DNA of 64,000 nt from assembly GCF_009834535.1 (NCBI RefSeq), contig NC_045697.1, positions 21,702,001-21,766,000 on the forward strand. Direction: 5' to 3'. Numbering within the stretch: position 1 is the stretch's first letter; each line of letters opens with the position of its first letter. This document shows positions 1 to 13,637 of the stretch, piece by piece. Position numbers and translations under genes: made by a program. A model generated the notes under the pieces. That model was not told where the DNA came from. It made no database searches and saw only the letters and a list, made by a program, of their open reading frames with translations. Source of the DNA: Camelus ferus (taxonomy: Eukaryota).

Positions 1-289
1 ATTTATCATCGTTTTATCTAAAAGGCCTTTATTTTCCTTGAATTTATTGCACAAAGACTATCTACATAGTATGGTACTTTTGAATACTAGAGAGCTGAAA
101 GACAGAGTTTCCAAGCCAAGAAGGTTTTTAAATACAAGGAGCGTAGAGGTATTGGATAGCCTTGTTAGTATTTGCCTTGTGTAGAGATAAATCACACACA
201 CACACTCAGCAGCACAGAGGAAAGCACACTGGCTTTGGGTCTAACAGAGCCCCTCATCACATTTCAACCTTTTTTACTGCATTTGACCC

Positions 290-445
290 CACAACAAATC
301 ATGTGTGGTATAAAGGTAGGATGTCTTCCTCACATGGGATAAGGAAACTCACACACAGAATAAATAAGTGACTTGCCAATGATTACATAAGTAATAAATA
401 TCAGAGCTAGGACTAGTACCCAGATGTTCTTACTCTTAATTCATC
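290..445 (-). mobile_element. MIR SINE fragment
   Basis: Degenerate core (ataaggaaactc...aagtgacttgcc...agagctaggactag) resembles the recalled MIR consensus. Confidence 0.55.
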
Positions 446-479
446 GCTTCTATTTCTATTACACAATATTAAATCTTAC

Positions 480-1000
480 ATATTTCAGTTGCAAATGACC
501 AAAGTGTCAACTGTAACAAAAATAAGCCCCATGCCCCAAATGAAGGTAAATGGAAGATTTACTGGTTTTACACCACCAGGAGGTCCAGAGGTAGAGAGAG
601 GTGACTTCAGGTATTGCTGGGTCCAGAAATTCAAAACAATAATCTGCTTGGGTATACAACCTCTCTCTGACTCACTCCCTCTCTCATCATATTTACTGGC
701 TCTTCCTTCTTTCTTTCTTCCTCTGATTCTGTCCCTATATTGGCCTCATTCTTTTTTACTTCAGATAAGGTCTCTTTATCTTCCTACAATGATAATAATT
801 TCAAAGTAATATTTTATTCTTTCCAGGACTGTGATTCTCCTCCATTTCTTCCTCTTTCTCCTTCTTCTTTGTCACTGTTTGATTCCTGACTTGGATCACA
901 GATCAATCTGCAGACTCATCATTGCTTACAGGGCTCTGAGACATTTTTATTTCCCAGACCTGAGTCATATTTAATCTCCCAGCTGAAGATAATTTGACCA
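480..1000 (-). mobile_element. Old MaLR LTR (MLT1J/K-like)
   Basis: ttcagttgcaaatgac...atttactgg...gtccagaggtag...cttcaggtattgctgggtccag motif series is typical of MLT1J/K. Confidence 0.5.
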
Positions 1001-1049
1001 GCAGTCTTTTGGAAATCACATGAGGAGGTTAGGTGACTCTGTCCAGTCT

Positions 1050-1287
1050 GAGGCTGTCTAAGGTCTTGGTCTCTCTTCAGCAAGGATCCTGTTAGGTCAG
1101 TTTAGCAAGAGCTCTCTACCCTTGATGCCTCCTCTTAGAAGTTTTCCATCATCTGACCCCTTCACTCTGCTCTTTGGCTATAAATCACCACTTGTCTTTG
1201 CCGTATTTGGAATTGAGCCTGATCTCTCTCCCTTATTGCAACAGTCTAAATTAATGAAGTCTAAATTTACCATTTTGGCAAGTGTAA
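1050..1287 (+). mobile_element. ERV1 LTR 3' part (MER31-like)
   Basis: cagcaaggatcctgttaggtcagtttagcaag...ttggctataaatc...gagcctgatctctctccc resembles recalled MER31; TATA-like ctataaa present. Confidence 0.55.
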
Positions 1288-1469
1288 CACACAGTCATAT
1301 AGAAACAATCATATATAAAACAAAATCCTAACTGCAACACTAAAGAATCATCTTGTTTTCATTCACTAATTTAAAACATCTGAATCTCTTCCACCATTCA
1401 TTCCAGTCGCTCACTTACACTCGAGTTACTGCAAGCTGCTTAAGACAACACCATGTGTCCTGTTTTTTG

Positions 1470-2370
1470 CAGTACCCAGAAAGGCAGTGCAGGGGATTTA
1501 ACAACACAAACACACTGGACAAACAATCATATGTAAAACCAAGTCTCTGCCCTTGAGGAGCTTACACTGTTACAAAGGAGACTGGAAATAAATAACCGTA
1601 CAGGTACTATACTGTCAAGCGGAAATGGACGCTATAATCAAAATAAAGCATGCTGGAGGGAGAGCGTTGGGAGTGTGAGTGTAGCTCGGAAACATGGGGG
1701 AGAGCCTTCTGAAAAGCTGACATATAAGCAGAAACTTGTCTGAAATGAGAAGAGCAAAAATTGTAAATATTTCAGGAAAGACAGTCCAAGGCTTAGCATC
1801 AAAATTGGTAAGGCCTTGAGGTGGGTGAGTACCACAGAAGTTCAAAGGGTAGCAAGAAGATCAGTGTGGCTGCAGTGGAGTGAGCAAAGAAGTCAAGAGG
1901 AGAAGATGAAAAACAGAAATGTAGACAGAAGCAGATGACACAAGGTATTTTCAGTTAAAGGAAGGACTTTGAACATAGTGCATGTGCTTTGTGAAACCAT
2001 TAGCATGTATGAGGATGTTTTGGTGGGAATTGATGTCATCAAGAATTCACAATCCTCATGTCACACTGGACAAACTGTGTGGGGCCAAGAGTTGAAACGA
2101 GAAGCGTTGTGTGAAAGGGGAGCAGTCAGAAAGTTGCTGCAACACTCCAGGCAGGAAAAGAGGGTGACATGAACTAGTGAAGCGATACAGGGGTAGTTAA
2201 AAAGGTCAAATTCAAGAGTTTTACAACTCAGAAGCAGTAATATTGGTTGATAGATTGTATGAGGGGCATAAACAGATTGTGTCTGTTAAATGTGACTCCA
2301 GGTTTTGGTTGGAATTACTAAAGTATAATGTGGCCTCATTCACTAAAATGGTGATTGACAGAGAAGATTT
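1470..2370 (-). mobile_element. L2 LINE 3' fragment
   Basis: ctctgcccttgaggagcttacact; gaagatcagtgtggctgcagtggagtgagc; tgactccaggttttgg are characteristic antisense-L2 motifs. Confidence 0.65.
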
Positions 2371-3507
2371 TGAAAAAAAAAGTCAAGATTAAGAAGACAC
2401 AAAATGCTGTTACTATTTTAAAAAGATTGATTTCCACAGGCAACTTTGTGTGTATTGGAAACAGCAGCACACCCTCTGGGAAGGCTCAGTTCCCACACTA
2501 GGCTACCAAGCTGAGCTAAAAGAATTCCAGCTGAATTGTAGCTCCCAGAAACCCCTTTGCCTGAGCTCCTTTGTGTAGCACCTGAGCTGCACAATCATAG
2601 AAGACAACCCTGCAGGTCTCTACCCAAAATTAGACAAAAAATTAACATCTTCGGTGTGACCATCATTACCGATAAAGCAGAAACAGTATTCTCCCATGAG
2701 GTAAATAATAAACTTGACAGATTAATGTAAATATGAAATTAATCTGATCTATTGAAAAATTACACATTTCCCCTGCTTTTAATAACATTTGGTATTTTGG
2801 AAAAAAATAAACTATAGCTCTTTGTGTTTACTTGGATAATCTTAGTATGCAAATATCTGAATGTTCCTGTATTACCTAGTTCAGTCAGAAAAGTTGAGTT
2901 GTGTGATGTGATCACTTTGGGTATTATTTTTGTTGAAAATAAAATTTAAAAAAATTTTAATCCAGTATATCATTGGACTTAAAGGAATTGAAACTTGCTT
3001 AATGTTTAGAGATAAGTAGCAAAACTTTCTTGTGTGCCCTCTAATAATGGAACTCTGTTATGCACTTGGACAGTTACAAATTATAATAATTATGTTATTT
3101 TCCCTGAATTGATACAAGGTAATATAAAATGAGTTTTTGTTAAAGTAATATTCAGGTTTATGTGGCCTTAACCAAAGTTTTAAAAATATTTTTATATATA
3201 GTAAGCAGCCTTAAATATTTTTATACACAGAAGTAACCTTATTCCAGGCAACAACTGCTACCTACAACAAATATGTTAGTTTCTAGTTTTACCGTATTTA
3301 TGCTGTTCCAATATGGGGGCAGTTGATTCACTTCTGATGTGACAACTTTATGTATAATAGATTATGCAAAGCAAGATCTATTTCTGATGAAAGAACAAGA
3401 AAAACACTCCAAGAAGATGATACTTAGTAAAACTTTTGTTCAAATGAACATGCTTTAAGAGGAAATTTCATTTTTAGTTTCCCTGAATCAAGATGGATGA
3501 TGGAAAA

Positions 3508-3599
3508 GGATAGAAAGAAAGATAGTGGATAGATGATAGATCATAGATAGATGATAGATAGATAGAAAGAAAGGAAGGAAGAAAGAAAGAAAGACAGAC

Positions 3600-3662
<63 letters not shown>

Positions 3663-3663
3663 A
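3508..3663. repeat. Compound (GATA)n/(GAAA)n microsatellite
   Basis: 15 perfect GAAA units at 3601-3660, preceded by imperfect GATA/GGAA units. Confidence 0.95.
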
Positions 3664-4700
3664 GTTAAGTCAAGGGCTCAGTCATTCCTCCACAAGAAGC
3701 TACTATGTGGAGCTCCTAAAAAATGTTCAACTCATTTATTTAAGGAGGAGGCTCTGACAGTTTCGGGTTCCTGCCCGAGGCCCAGGGTATAGACGGGCAA
3801 TTAGTGCAGAACACTGGTTAGGGACCATTGTGTGTGTAAAGTGTTGCCATTGATTCCTATTCCATCCACTTTGATAAACAGATTTCTCGCCTGAGAAGTC
3901 ATTGTTAATAGCTCTTAACTTGAGCTGCCACATAGAAGAGTACTGATATATATTGATATATATTAGCCCCCTCGTGCCCCACCGACTGCTTTATTTCTCA
4001 ACTTAACTCTAAACTAACTTATAACAGCAAATATCAGAACAATCTGAAGTACCAGCCTGACTTTGAGTCATATCTCCAGATACTTTGTAAAAATTAAAGA
4101 TAATGCATGTCAAGTTTTTGACTTGGGCCCAGACACATAGTAAGCACTCAATAAGTTAAATTTTTCATTTTAGCTACTAATCATTAAAAAACTATTTGTC
4201 ATTTTTGTCCTTCCAGAGACATTAATTTCTTATAAGGTTTTCAGATACAGCATTTATAATTTAAAGGTCTACTCAATATTTCACAATAGTAGTATTTCCA
4301 TAGTTGCAATATTCATCCTATTCTGTATTAAAACTTTTGCTACAACTAAGGGATTTTACTACATCCAGTGAACAGTTAGTTAATCCAAGAATGAATCACA
4401 CAAATCTGAACTTTTTTGAAGCTTATTAGCCAAATCTTCAGTAACCTTAATGGTTCATCAAGATATCAGTTAACCATAGTTGGATGAAATGCTTACTTCT
4501 GATGGACAGGCAGAAAACAAGCAACCCAAGGAATATAGTCTAAATCTTAATATTTCTTTCAGCTGAGAAAAAAAAAAAAAAACCTCTGCAGTCAACAGAG
4601 CATAAATATATAAAAATTCAGGCATAAAGTTTTAGGGTAGGCTTAGAAGATCTGTGCTTCTTTGTTCTGAACAATTCCCCAAATGGAAATGTATATGTTA

Positions 4701-4760
4701 CTCTCTCTCCCTCTCTCCCTCCCTCTCTCTCTCCCTCTCTCTCTCTCTATATATATATAG

Positions 4761-4796
<36 letters not shown>
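4701..4796. repeat. Compound (CT)n(TA)n(CA)n microsatellite
   Basis: Directly visible. Confidence 0.95.
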
Positions 4797-4797
<1 letters not shown>

Positions 4798-5375
4798 TTG
4801 CTGAACAGGAATGACCCTAACTTTTAAAATCACAAATGCAACAATTGGGACCCATGGGGAAATGACGGTTCCTAACTCAGGAATACCCTCTTGAAGAGGA
4901 GAGACGTAAATCTACCACTCAGGAGGAAGATTCGATAATCTGGGTACAAAGATGTTCTATAACTGCCAATCAATCATCATTGTTTGACACTGGAGAACAA
5001 AGATATAGCAGCAGGTTTTCTCCACCAAAGGGTCAGGGAAAGCTAGGACAGTGGTCAAAAGCATTAACAAGAATAGCAAATATTGCCTCAATGAGAGACC
5101 TAACAAAAAGTGTTACATTCGACTCAACAGACTGAGAAGCTTGATGTCTACCCAGGGACAGTGGAGTCTGGGCAAACAGTGGGCCCAAAGTGAATGTTCA
5201 GAATTCTATGATGGAGCAGAATATCTGTGGACAGTTCAACAGCTTCCCCAATTCCATCCACTTCACCGCTTATGACTCCTGATGTGTATATTGAAAATGT
5301 ATGTGTGCTGGGAAGGAGGTGCACACTAAGTACCACATGGAGCTAGAAAGACACAGCAGCTGGAGCTAAGAGGAG

Positions 5376-6045
5376 AAAAGCACACAAATGGTAAATGCTG
5401 GAGAGGATATGGATAAAAGGGAACTCTCATATACTATTGGTGAGAATGTAAATTGGTGCAGCCACTCTGGAAAACAGTATGGTGATTCCTTAAAAAACTA
5501 AAAACAGAGTTGCCATATGATCCAGCAATCCCACTCCAGGGCATAAATCCAGACTCTAATTCAAAAAGGTACATGAAGCCCAATGTTCATAGCAGTGTTC
5601 TTTACAATAGCCAAGATGTCCATGGATAAATGGATAAAGATGTGCTATATATTTATGTATACACACAGGAATTTGTATATATCACTAGCCATTAAAAAGA
5701 ATGAAGCAATGCCATTTGCAGCAACATGGATGGATCCAGAGATTATCATACCAAATGAAGTAAGTCAGACAGGGAAAGACAAATAGGAGAGGGTATTACT
5801 TCTATGTGGAATCTGAAATATGATATGAATGAACTTACAAAACAGAAACAGACTCACAGATACAGAGAACAAATGTATGGGTATCAAAGGGGAAATAGCA
5901 GGGGAAGGAAATCAGGAGTTTGGGATTAGCAGATATAAACTACTATATATAAAACAGATAAACAACACAAGGTCCTACTGTATAACACAGGGAACTGTAT
6001 TCAATATCTTGTAATAAACCATAATGAAAAAAATAAATAAAATAT
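5376..6045 (+). mobile_element. L1 3' fragment (ORF2 C-terminus + 3'UTR), cetartiodactyl type
   Basis: ORF 5583-5786 [11 protein letters not shown]...[20 protein letters not shown] matches the L1 ORF2 C-terminus; 3'UTR is homologous to the L1 at 54.8-57.1 kb. Confidence 0.9.
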
Positions 6046-6059
6046 TGTATTTCCTAATC

Positions 6060-7290
6060 TCTCCCTTAAGTGACAGTTATTCAGTCTTTTGTTGTCTTCA
6101 TGACCTACATATTTTCAAAGAGTACTGGGCAGTTATTTTACAGGATGTCCCTCAATTTTTAAATTGTCTGACATTTTCTCATCATTAGGTTGATGTTATA
6201 TATTTTGTGGCAAGGATACCACAGAACAAATGCTGTGTATTTCTCAGTGTATCATAAGAGGGGGACTGTGATGTCAATATATGCTATTACTGGTGATGTT
6301 AATTACTTGGTTAAGGAGGTATTTGCTGGGCTTCTCCATTATAAAGTTACTCTTTTTTCCTCTTAATTCTTAAGTATCTTGGCATAAATTAATTTGAGAC
6401 TATGCAAATATCCTGCTCCTCTTCAAAATCTGGTCCAACAATTTTGGTATCTATTGATGGATCCTGTTTGTAACAATTTTTTTCCTATAGTATTCCAGTG
6501 GTGATTTTTTTTCTCTGTTCCTTCTGCATTTATGAATTGTAGTTATTCTGATAAGAGGAGCTGTCCCCTTACTTCCACTTATTTATGTGTTCCATTATGT
6601 TTATATTGTTAAGTGCACATGGATATTTATTTTATTCTATGGTTTCTAATGCCAAATTATTATTATTTATTGTATTCTTTAAAATGTTCTAGCTTTGGCC
6701 ATTAAGAGCTATTTCAGAGTGGCTCCTATAACCTTTTGAAATGTGTCTTTCCTTTTTGAGCACTTTCTTATGCTCTGGCGCTACATAGTACTCCAGACTC
6801 ATCTTGTATTTCCTATGCTGAAGCTCTGGAATCAACAATTTCTTCAACAAGGCCTTCCTTGTTACTTTTATTGGACAATTATATTTATAAACCAATACCT
6901 TGTATTTATAAATATAACTAACAAGATGTCCTTGCTTCTAGGTCTTCTAAATAGATAGCTCTTGGAGAATATAAATATTTATTTCTGTATGTGGATAGAT
7001 GGATACATGGATAGACATTTGTATCTATACCTATATATACCATGAGCTTATAGTATATATTTAATTCTAATCATACACCATGGAGTTCATTCTAAATTAA
7101 AAACCTGTCTATAATTTTCTACAATGTATTTACTTATTTGTGTTACACTAGTAAACACAATTTCAGCATTGATGATACAAATCCTTGGGAGAAACAGATT
7201 TATTAACTAGAGTACAGTATTTGTATATAGTATAGTGATTTTTATCCTTTTGATATCCAGTCAGAACACTATTTTCCAAAGTAATGTAGC
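6060..7290 (-). mobile_element. Old L1 3'UTR (L1MD/L1MC-like)
   Basis: agagtactgggcagttatttt...atgtccctcaattt...caaggataccacaga...ttggccattaagagct motifs. Confidence 0.6.
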
Positions 7291-7445
7291 TCATTCTGTA
7301 TTTCTCTACATTTTCCAATATGGTACATCATTCACATGTAGTCCAGATGGCCTCATATGTTACATTTTAGCTTCCTCTCACATGTTGCTCTATTTACATA
7401 CCTACAGAGTATGGCTTATAATAATGTCAAATTATGTTTATAGAA

Positions 7446-7500
7446 GATGGATGGATGGATGGATGGATGGATGGATGGATGGGTAGATGAACAGATGGAT
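7446..7500. repeat. (GATG)n microsatellite
   Basis: Directly visible. Confidence 0.9.
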
Positions 7501-8102
7501 TAATACATAATTTTCTTTCAGGAAAGTTTCTCTGGTCTCTCAGATAATATACCTATTTTTGTGATTAATAGATGTGGTTTGTTATATACTTTGAACATCA
7601 TTGGTCATGTAACCTCTCAGTTGTGTGTGTGTGTGAAAGAGAGAGAAAGAATGACAGAAAAAGACACAGACAGAGAGAAAGACAGAGACCAAGACAGATC
7701 AAAATGTCACAAGAGACAGTGGGAGAAGAAATACTTCAGATTCTGGTGATTTTCTCACTCACTGCAGCCTCTGGCCTAGTGTCTCCAGAGTCTCTTTACT
7801 GCCTGCTTCTCAAGAGCATTTAAAGTTTTCTCAGATAGTATAACAGTTTATCTGTACTTTTTTACAGAGTCATACTCTAGAGAGTTGATTGTTACCAGGT
7901 TCCTTGCCCTGTTATCCATATTAAACTTCCTACTAAGGTTAGTAATATAAACTTCTGAAACTAAATTACAACATTCAATGACTTCAGCTGCTAGCAAAGA
8001 TAACGTCTTGAGTGTAAAATCCTGACTAAGTAAACAAAAGATTAATTTTGCTACTTCATGGCTTAGACATCTAAAGTTTGCCAGGAGAATAAGAATTTAG
8101 AT

Positions 8103-8440
8103 CTGGCAATACTAATATGAGGAGGGTGAGGCACTTGCCTTGGGCATAAAATTTAAGGAAGAAACAAAAATACTCAGTAATTGAGGTAAATGCTTTAATG
8201 TAATATCACTGTCATTTGCCTCAGGCTCAAATAGGGTTTATCAAGTTAGAGTTGCTGGTCCTGCCTGAATTTAAAATGTTGATACTTTGTTCATCATTAC
8301 CTATTTGCATTAATTTTCTTTTAAAACATGCATTCAATAATATTTATCTTGATTACTGAGTTTTGGGGATGCATCCTTAAATTTTGCCCCTGAGGTAAGT
8401 TCCTACCCACCTTACCCACCTCACTGTAACTCAGCTCTGC
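8103..8440. mobile_element. Non-autonomous hAT DNA element (MER96B-like) with long inverted termini
   Basis: gaggcacttgccttgggcataaaatttaagg...actcagtaattgag at the left is inverted relative to cttgattactgagt...ccttaaattttgcccctgaggtaagt at the right. Confidence 0.65.
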
Positions 8441-9383
8441 TCAGTCTCCATTTTTGTCTGGAATCAAGATAGTAAATGTTGACATAAGTTATAGGTAATC
8501 CAGAAAATATACAGGAGTGTTTGTGTGTGTGTATGTGTGTGCAAATATATACATGCACATATAATATTCAAGAGGAATAATATCACCATAAACCAAAATA
8601 AACTGTTTTTCTCCTAATAATCTGCTTCCTCTTAGAGAATATGTCAGGATATCAAATATTCACAAAATATTTGAGTTAATTCTTCCCACAACAGCAAACG
8701 GCAAATTCACAGTCTCTCAAATCAAACAATAATCGTAAAAGAAAATTTATGAGGCTTTTGTAACTTAGCTGACAGGAACATATGAGAATTCTATTATAGA
8801 AGTGAAGACATTAATTATAGATTTCCTGTCAGGAGAGATGAATGCATGTCTAACCATGATATAAGAGAGGTTCTGCATCAGACACATTCCTTCATCCTCT
8901 CAAGCAGGGATTTTCTATTAAGTTTTACATTATTAGATATAAAAAGAATACAAATCCCTCACTGCCCAGATTGCTAAATCTTACTTTAAATACCACCAGA
9001 TATTTTGAAATCTCAAGTGTCTTATGATTAATATCTTTCTCAGGTATAGTAAATTAAGAAGTTGATACTGACCCATTCTGCTGTGTGATGTCCCAGCTTC
9101 CCTCTTTTCACAATCCAACAATCTTGTCTTAAATGAAATCATATTTACTCTACTAAATTGGTTGCCTAAAAATACCTACAGAGAGGGGGAAAAAAGCATT
9201 TTTTTCTGATCCTGTTGTCAATCACATCTCATATAGCTGAAAAAGCATCTACTCTGAGTTTCAAATCCAATATCAAAGACTCCCATTTTCAATTTAGAAA
9301 TGAATTAAAATGAAAGTAATTTTTTTTAATTCCCAAATTAATTCTAAAAGAGAGTAGTTCAAAATCAAAATTACTTGACACCT

Positions 9384-10540
9384 GGACATCACAGAAGATG
9401 GCAACCTAGGAAGCTCCAAGGGTTGGTATCTGAAGCTATCTGAAGTGACTATTTGAGAATGCTGGAATCTAGTCATATACTTGCAGCATTCAGGGAAGTG
9501 CTTAGTGAAGAAAGACTCACACATTTCAGTGAATTTTGAGTTCCCTTTTGCAGCTTTGATTCCCCAGCCCCCATCTCCTGTCCTGTGGGTACATCAGGCC
9601 ACAGTGCTGGTGAGATTTCCTGGAACCAGAACGGGAAGTAGGAATCTTCTTCTCTAAAAATCTGCCTTTTTCTCTGTGATTGTGGCTATTGATACTGAGG
9701 AGCTAGCACAGAGGTAGGACGTTGTTTTAATACACATGAGCCAATGGTGAGGTTAAATCTAAAGGGAACAGACTTTTAGTTGTTTTTTGTTTCCTTTTTT
9801 ATTGGAACCAGGCATTTAAGGAAATTTCCATTGAGTTATTGGCTAAATAGAGAGATAATGGAACAGAGACCGCAGCGACCACACACAACAAGGAACATAA
9901 TCATTGTAAAAGGTAGTCTGGAAAAGTCACTGAACAAACTGATGACTGCAGCCTTCATCAGGTAACAGTAGCAATCCCAGGGGACAGAAGGGGTGTGATG
10001 TCCAGAGGTGCCTCATCACAATATTCAAAATGTCCGGTTCTCAACAAAAAAAATTACAAAGCACATAAAAACCATGAAAGTATGACCCAGTCATAGAACA
10101 CAAAGAAACTGACAGAAACTATACATGAGGAAGCCTAGACATTGGACTTACGAGGCAAAGATTTTTAACTTAACAGTTTAAATGTGTTTGAAGATCTGAA
10201 GGAAACCATGGACAAAGAAGTAAAGAAAATCAAGAGAACAATGAATGGACATCTGTGGAATGTCAATAAGTAGATACTATAGAAAGAAACCAAATAGAAA
10301 TTCTAGAGCTGAAAAGTAAAAGAGCTTAAATAAAAATTTCACTGATGGGATTAAAAAAACAGACTTGGGCAGACAGAATACAGAAGCAGAGAACTTAAAT
10401 ACAGGACAATTGAAATTAATAATCTGAGGAGCAGAAAGAAAATGAGTGATGAACAGGTACCTACAGAATACTACCAAATGTACAATCACATGCATCATGG
10501 AAATCCCAGAAAGATAAGAAAGATAAATAGAGTCAGAAAT
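9384..10540 (+). mobile_element. Old L1 5'UTR + decayed ORF1
   Basis: L1-type start (gacatcacagaagatggcaacctaggaagctcc) and ORF1-like A-rich tract (gaaaccaaatagaaattctagagctgaaaagt). Confidence 0.7.
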
Positions 10541-10544
10541 GGTG

Positions 10545-11020
10545 GTCACCAGCATGCCCCAGGAGAAGCCCCAGCTCACAGCAGACTCTAGCTCTAGCCT
10601 TTGTGGTTCAGCCCCACCCTCCACCAAGAAAACAGCCCTTGCTTGCCCCAGGGAAAACATTAGCATTTGCCAGGCTCCAGCTCTAGCCCTCCAGCTTTAG
10701 CACAACTCCCTGGCACGGTGACACCTGCCAATATGCCCTGGAAGAAGCTCCAGCCTGCACCACACTCCAGCTCTAATCACCCATCTCCTAGAATCAGCCT
10801 CCATCCCTGCCAAAGCAATAGCCTCAGGATGCCCCCACAAAAGCCCTAGCATCTGCTTGCTTCAGGTCCAGACCTCTCACCAAAGCCACTAGGCACATGC
10901 GGACTACATAGGGACGCCTCTATGCAAAGACCCACCTTTATGACTGGGAAAGATAACTGCTTCAACTAATTTCACAGAGACAAAAAGAGAAAGTCAAATA
11001 AATGAGAAGGCAAACATACA
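10545..11020 (+). mobile_element. Second L1 5'UTR fragment (L1M2/L1M3-like) ending at ORF1 start
   Basis: C-rich degenerate tandem units (ctccagctcta...), then gactgggaaagataactg...aaagtcaaataaATGAGAAGGCAA (MRRQ, a typical ORF1 start). Confidence 0.55.
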
Positions 11021-11169
11021 GTTTTGTTCTTGGTTTTGCTACTTACTCTGCCCTTGGCTTTCTCTACCTTGAACAGAGCTTATGATGTCTTTGATGGACT
11101 TTGATCTCCTCTGAGAAAAGGTGATGGAGGAGGCATCATTTTCCTCAGTTCCAGTAGACACTTGACAGC

Positions 11170-11340
11170 AAGAGCTATCAATTTCTCATATGAAGTGTTG
11201 GAGTATCCTTTTCTGGAAATCTTAACAATTGACTGGTCAAATCATAAGAGAATATTGTGAGAGAAATTGAAAGAAACAGTTCTGTGCCTTTGGGAAATTA
11301 GATTGACAGCAGTGGCAGACCTTTGAGGTTTATTATATTC
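11170..11340 (+). mobile_element. CR1/L3 3'-end remnant
   Basis: agagctatcaa...ctggaaatcttaac...gacctttgaggtt resembles a decayed L3 3' end. Confidence 0.35.
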
Positions 11341-12532
11341 TTTGTTTTAGTAGTGCTACAATTTTTAACACACATTTTTCTTTTAAAAATATTTTAAAAT
11401 AATTTGAAAGAAACAGCATCTGTTACTTTTCTCAGAAACCTATCTTTCCAAATTTATAGTGCATGCTGTGATTTTTTTTTCCTTTGTGAACAGCCACTTT
11501 CCTTAGATTCTTGCAAGCTTTTATGAGCACCACCAATTCAGTCTCCTTGGGGTTCTGATCTAAATTTTCCCTCTATCTTCTGTGGTGTACTGGATACTAC
11601 AATTGCAATTTCTACAACATGTGTGTGTGTGTATGTGTGATCAAATGTACTACATCACAATTCCTATACTTTATGGTACTAAATATTTATATAATAAAAT
11701 CAAATGGCTTCTATATTTTAATATTAATTCAAAATTAATACTTTAAATGGAAGATTATATAATGTTATAAGACACACTCAGTATTATGTGAATAAACATG
11801 ACATTTCTTTTAGCTCAAATTAGTATGTCTGGGGAAAATTAAAACCTTACTTCAGATTATCTGTGAATATATATAAACAGAGGAAATTTCTCAAAATGTC
11901 CTTCATGTTTATTATACTACAATAATATTAGTGTTTCCATGAATAGCTACTCCTAATTGAATTTTCAACATAAACAGATATTAAACCTGTGAGGTTTTGG
12001 AAAAAAGACAAATTTATTTGGAGATACTTCATAAGTAATGTTATAAAACTCCTGGTGCCAAAATTCAAGATGCTTATTGTTTCTTAATCTTTTAAATTGA
12101 TATGATTTTTAAATATTTTGCTGAATGATTGTTTTTAAATGAAAAAAGTTTTTTGATTAAAAAAATGGTCACTTAAAGAGCTTCTAAAATAAACTAATTA
12201 TATAATTTTTAATGAAGGAATCATAAAGTCTTCTGAATTTTATATTTAAATAATCAATATTTGAATGCTGTGCCATTGATTACCTATACAAAAATTCTGT
12301 TTTTACAACAATGAAAATTGTATTCCTAAATTATTATTTATTCAATTTAAAAATATAATTTCCAATCAAAAGCATAAATTTACATGTGTAAATTTAAATA
12401 AACTAGTAGAAACAATTTAAAAGCAGTGGAATAAGATAGCGTGGACTTTTCAATGTATTAGAGTATGGTCATATCAAATATGCAACATTTTTATATTTAT
12501 AATCTATCAGTCCTGGGATATTTATTCTGCAT

Positions 12533-12893
12533 TGTGACGGTTAATTGTATGTGTCAACTTGGAGGGTGTTTTTGCATGAGATTAATGTTTAAATGAGTAC
12601 ATTTAGGGTAAAGCAGATTGCCCTGCATAATGTAGGTGGGCTTCATCCAGTCAACTGAAGGCCTGAGTGGAACGAAACGCTCTGCCTTCCAGAGCAGATA
12701 AGAGTTCTCCAGCAAATGCCTTCAGACTTCTTCATTTGCATCATTGGCTCTCCTGGGCTTCCAGCTTGCTAGCTTACACTGAAGACTTGGAACTTCCCAG
12801 TCTTCATAATCATGTAACCCAATTTCCTGTAATAAATCTTTTTCTCCATATGTACTACTGGTTCTCTTTGCCTGGAGAACCCTGACTAATCCA
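12533..12893 (+). mobile_element. ERVL solo LTR (MLT2D-like)
   Basis: TGTGACGGTTAATTGTATGTGTCAACTT start, gtaaagcagattgccct, aataaatc and ggagaaccctgactaatCCA end; apparent short deletion near the 5' end. Confidence 0.85.
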
Positions 12894-13637
12894 AATGTTG
12901 ACTGTATCACTAATTAAAGTGTCATTTGGGCATCTTACAAGAACTGGCCAGGAAGAGATCTGGTGAACACCATCAGGCCTATGCTCTGAACTATGGCATA
13001 CACTATAGCGATTAAAAAAAACATTAAATTCCTGTTGTTAGATTCATATTTAAAGAAAGTAAGAGACCATCAGAAATACATAGCAATACAGTCAGATCCA
13101 TTTCCCTTGTGTTTACAAACCTTGGCATTGAGCAGACTACCCTCTCCCGGTTTTCTGCCTGCATTTAGATGTGATACTTTGCTCCTTCAGATGTGATACT
13201 TCTAGGTCCCCTGGGTCAGCAGAACCCTCTGCTAATCAGAGAGAGCTCCACAGGCCTCTCTTGTGAAGATCAGGACAAAATGAGAGGAGAAGCCCTCCTT
13301 TCCTCTCTCTTGAATATGCTACCACCTGAATCCCAGTGTACAGAGCTCATATTTGGAGTGACTCTGCATATATTTCAGCTCATCAGGAGTCTTCATCTAC
13401 GATATTATGCCGATGAATGGGTAAAAGTGAAAGTGTAAAAAATTATAACATTTTTTGCTTTCTTGTGGCAACATTCTTCTTAATTCCCCAATTCTAAAAC
13501 ACCTCCCTTTGGTGGAAAAAGGGATTTTGAGATATAAATGTCCAAGTGCATACACAGCCAAATTTTTTACATGTTAAGAGAGATGTTCCTTGATTCATAG
13601 TAACTAAAATCCATACTCTTCTTTCACACTTTTGCCC

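Noticed and set aside
10545..10900. CRISPR-like or novel repeat array
   Set aside because: Degenerate, irregular units within an L1 5'UTR in eukaryotic DNA; no repeat-spacer structure.
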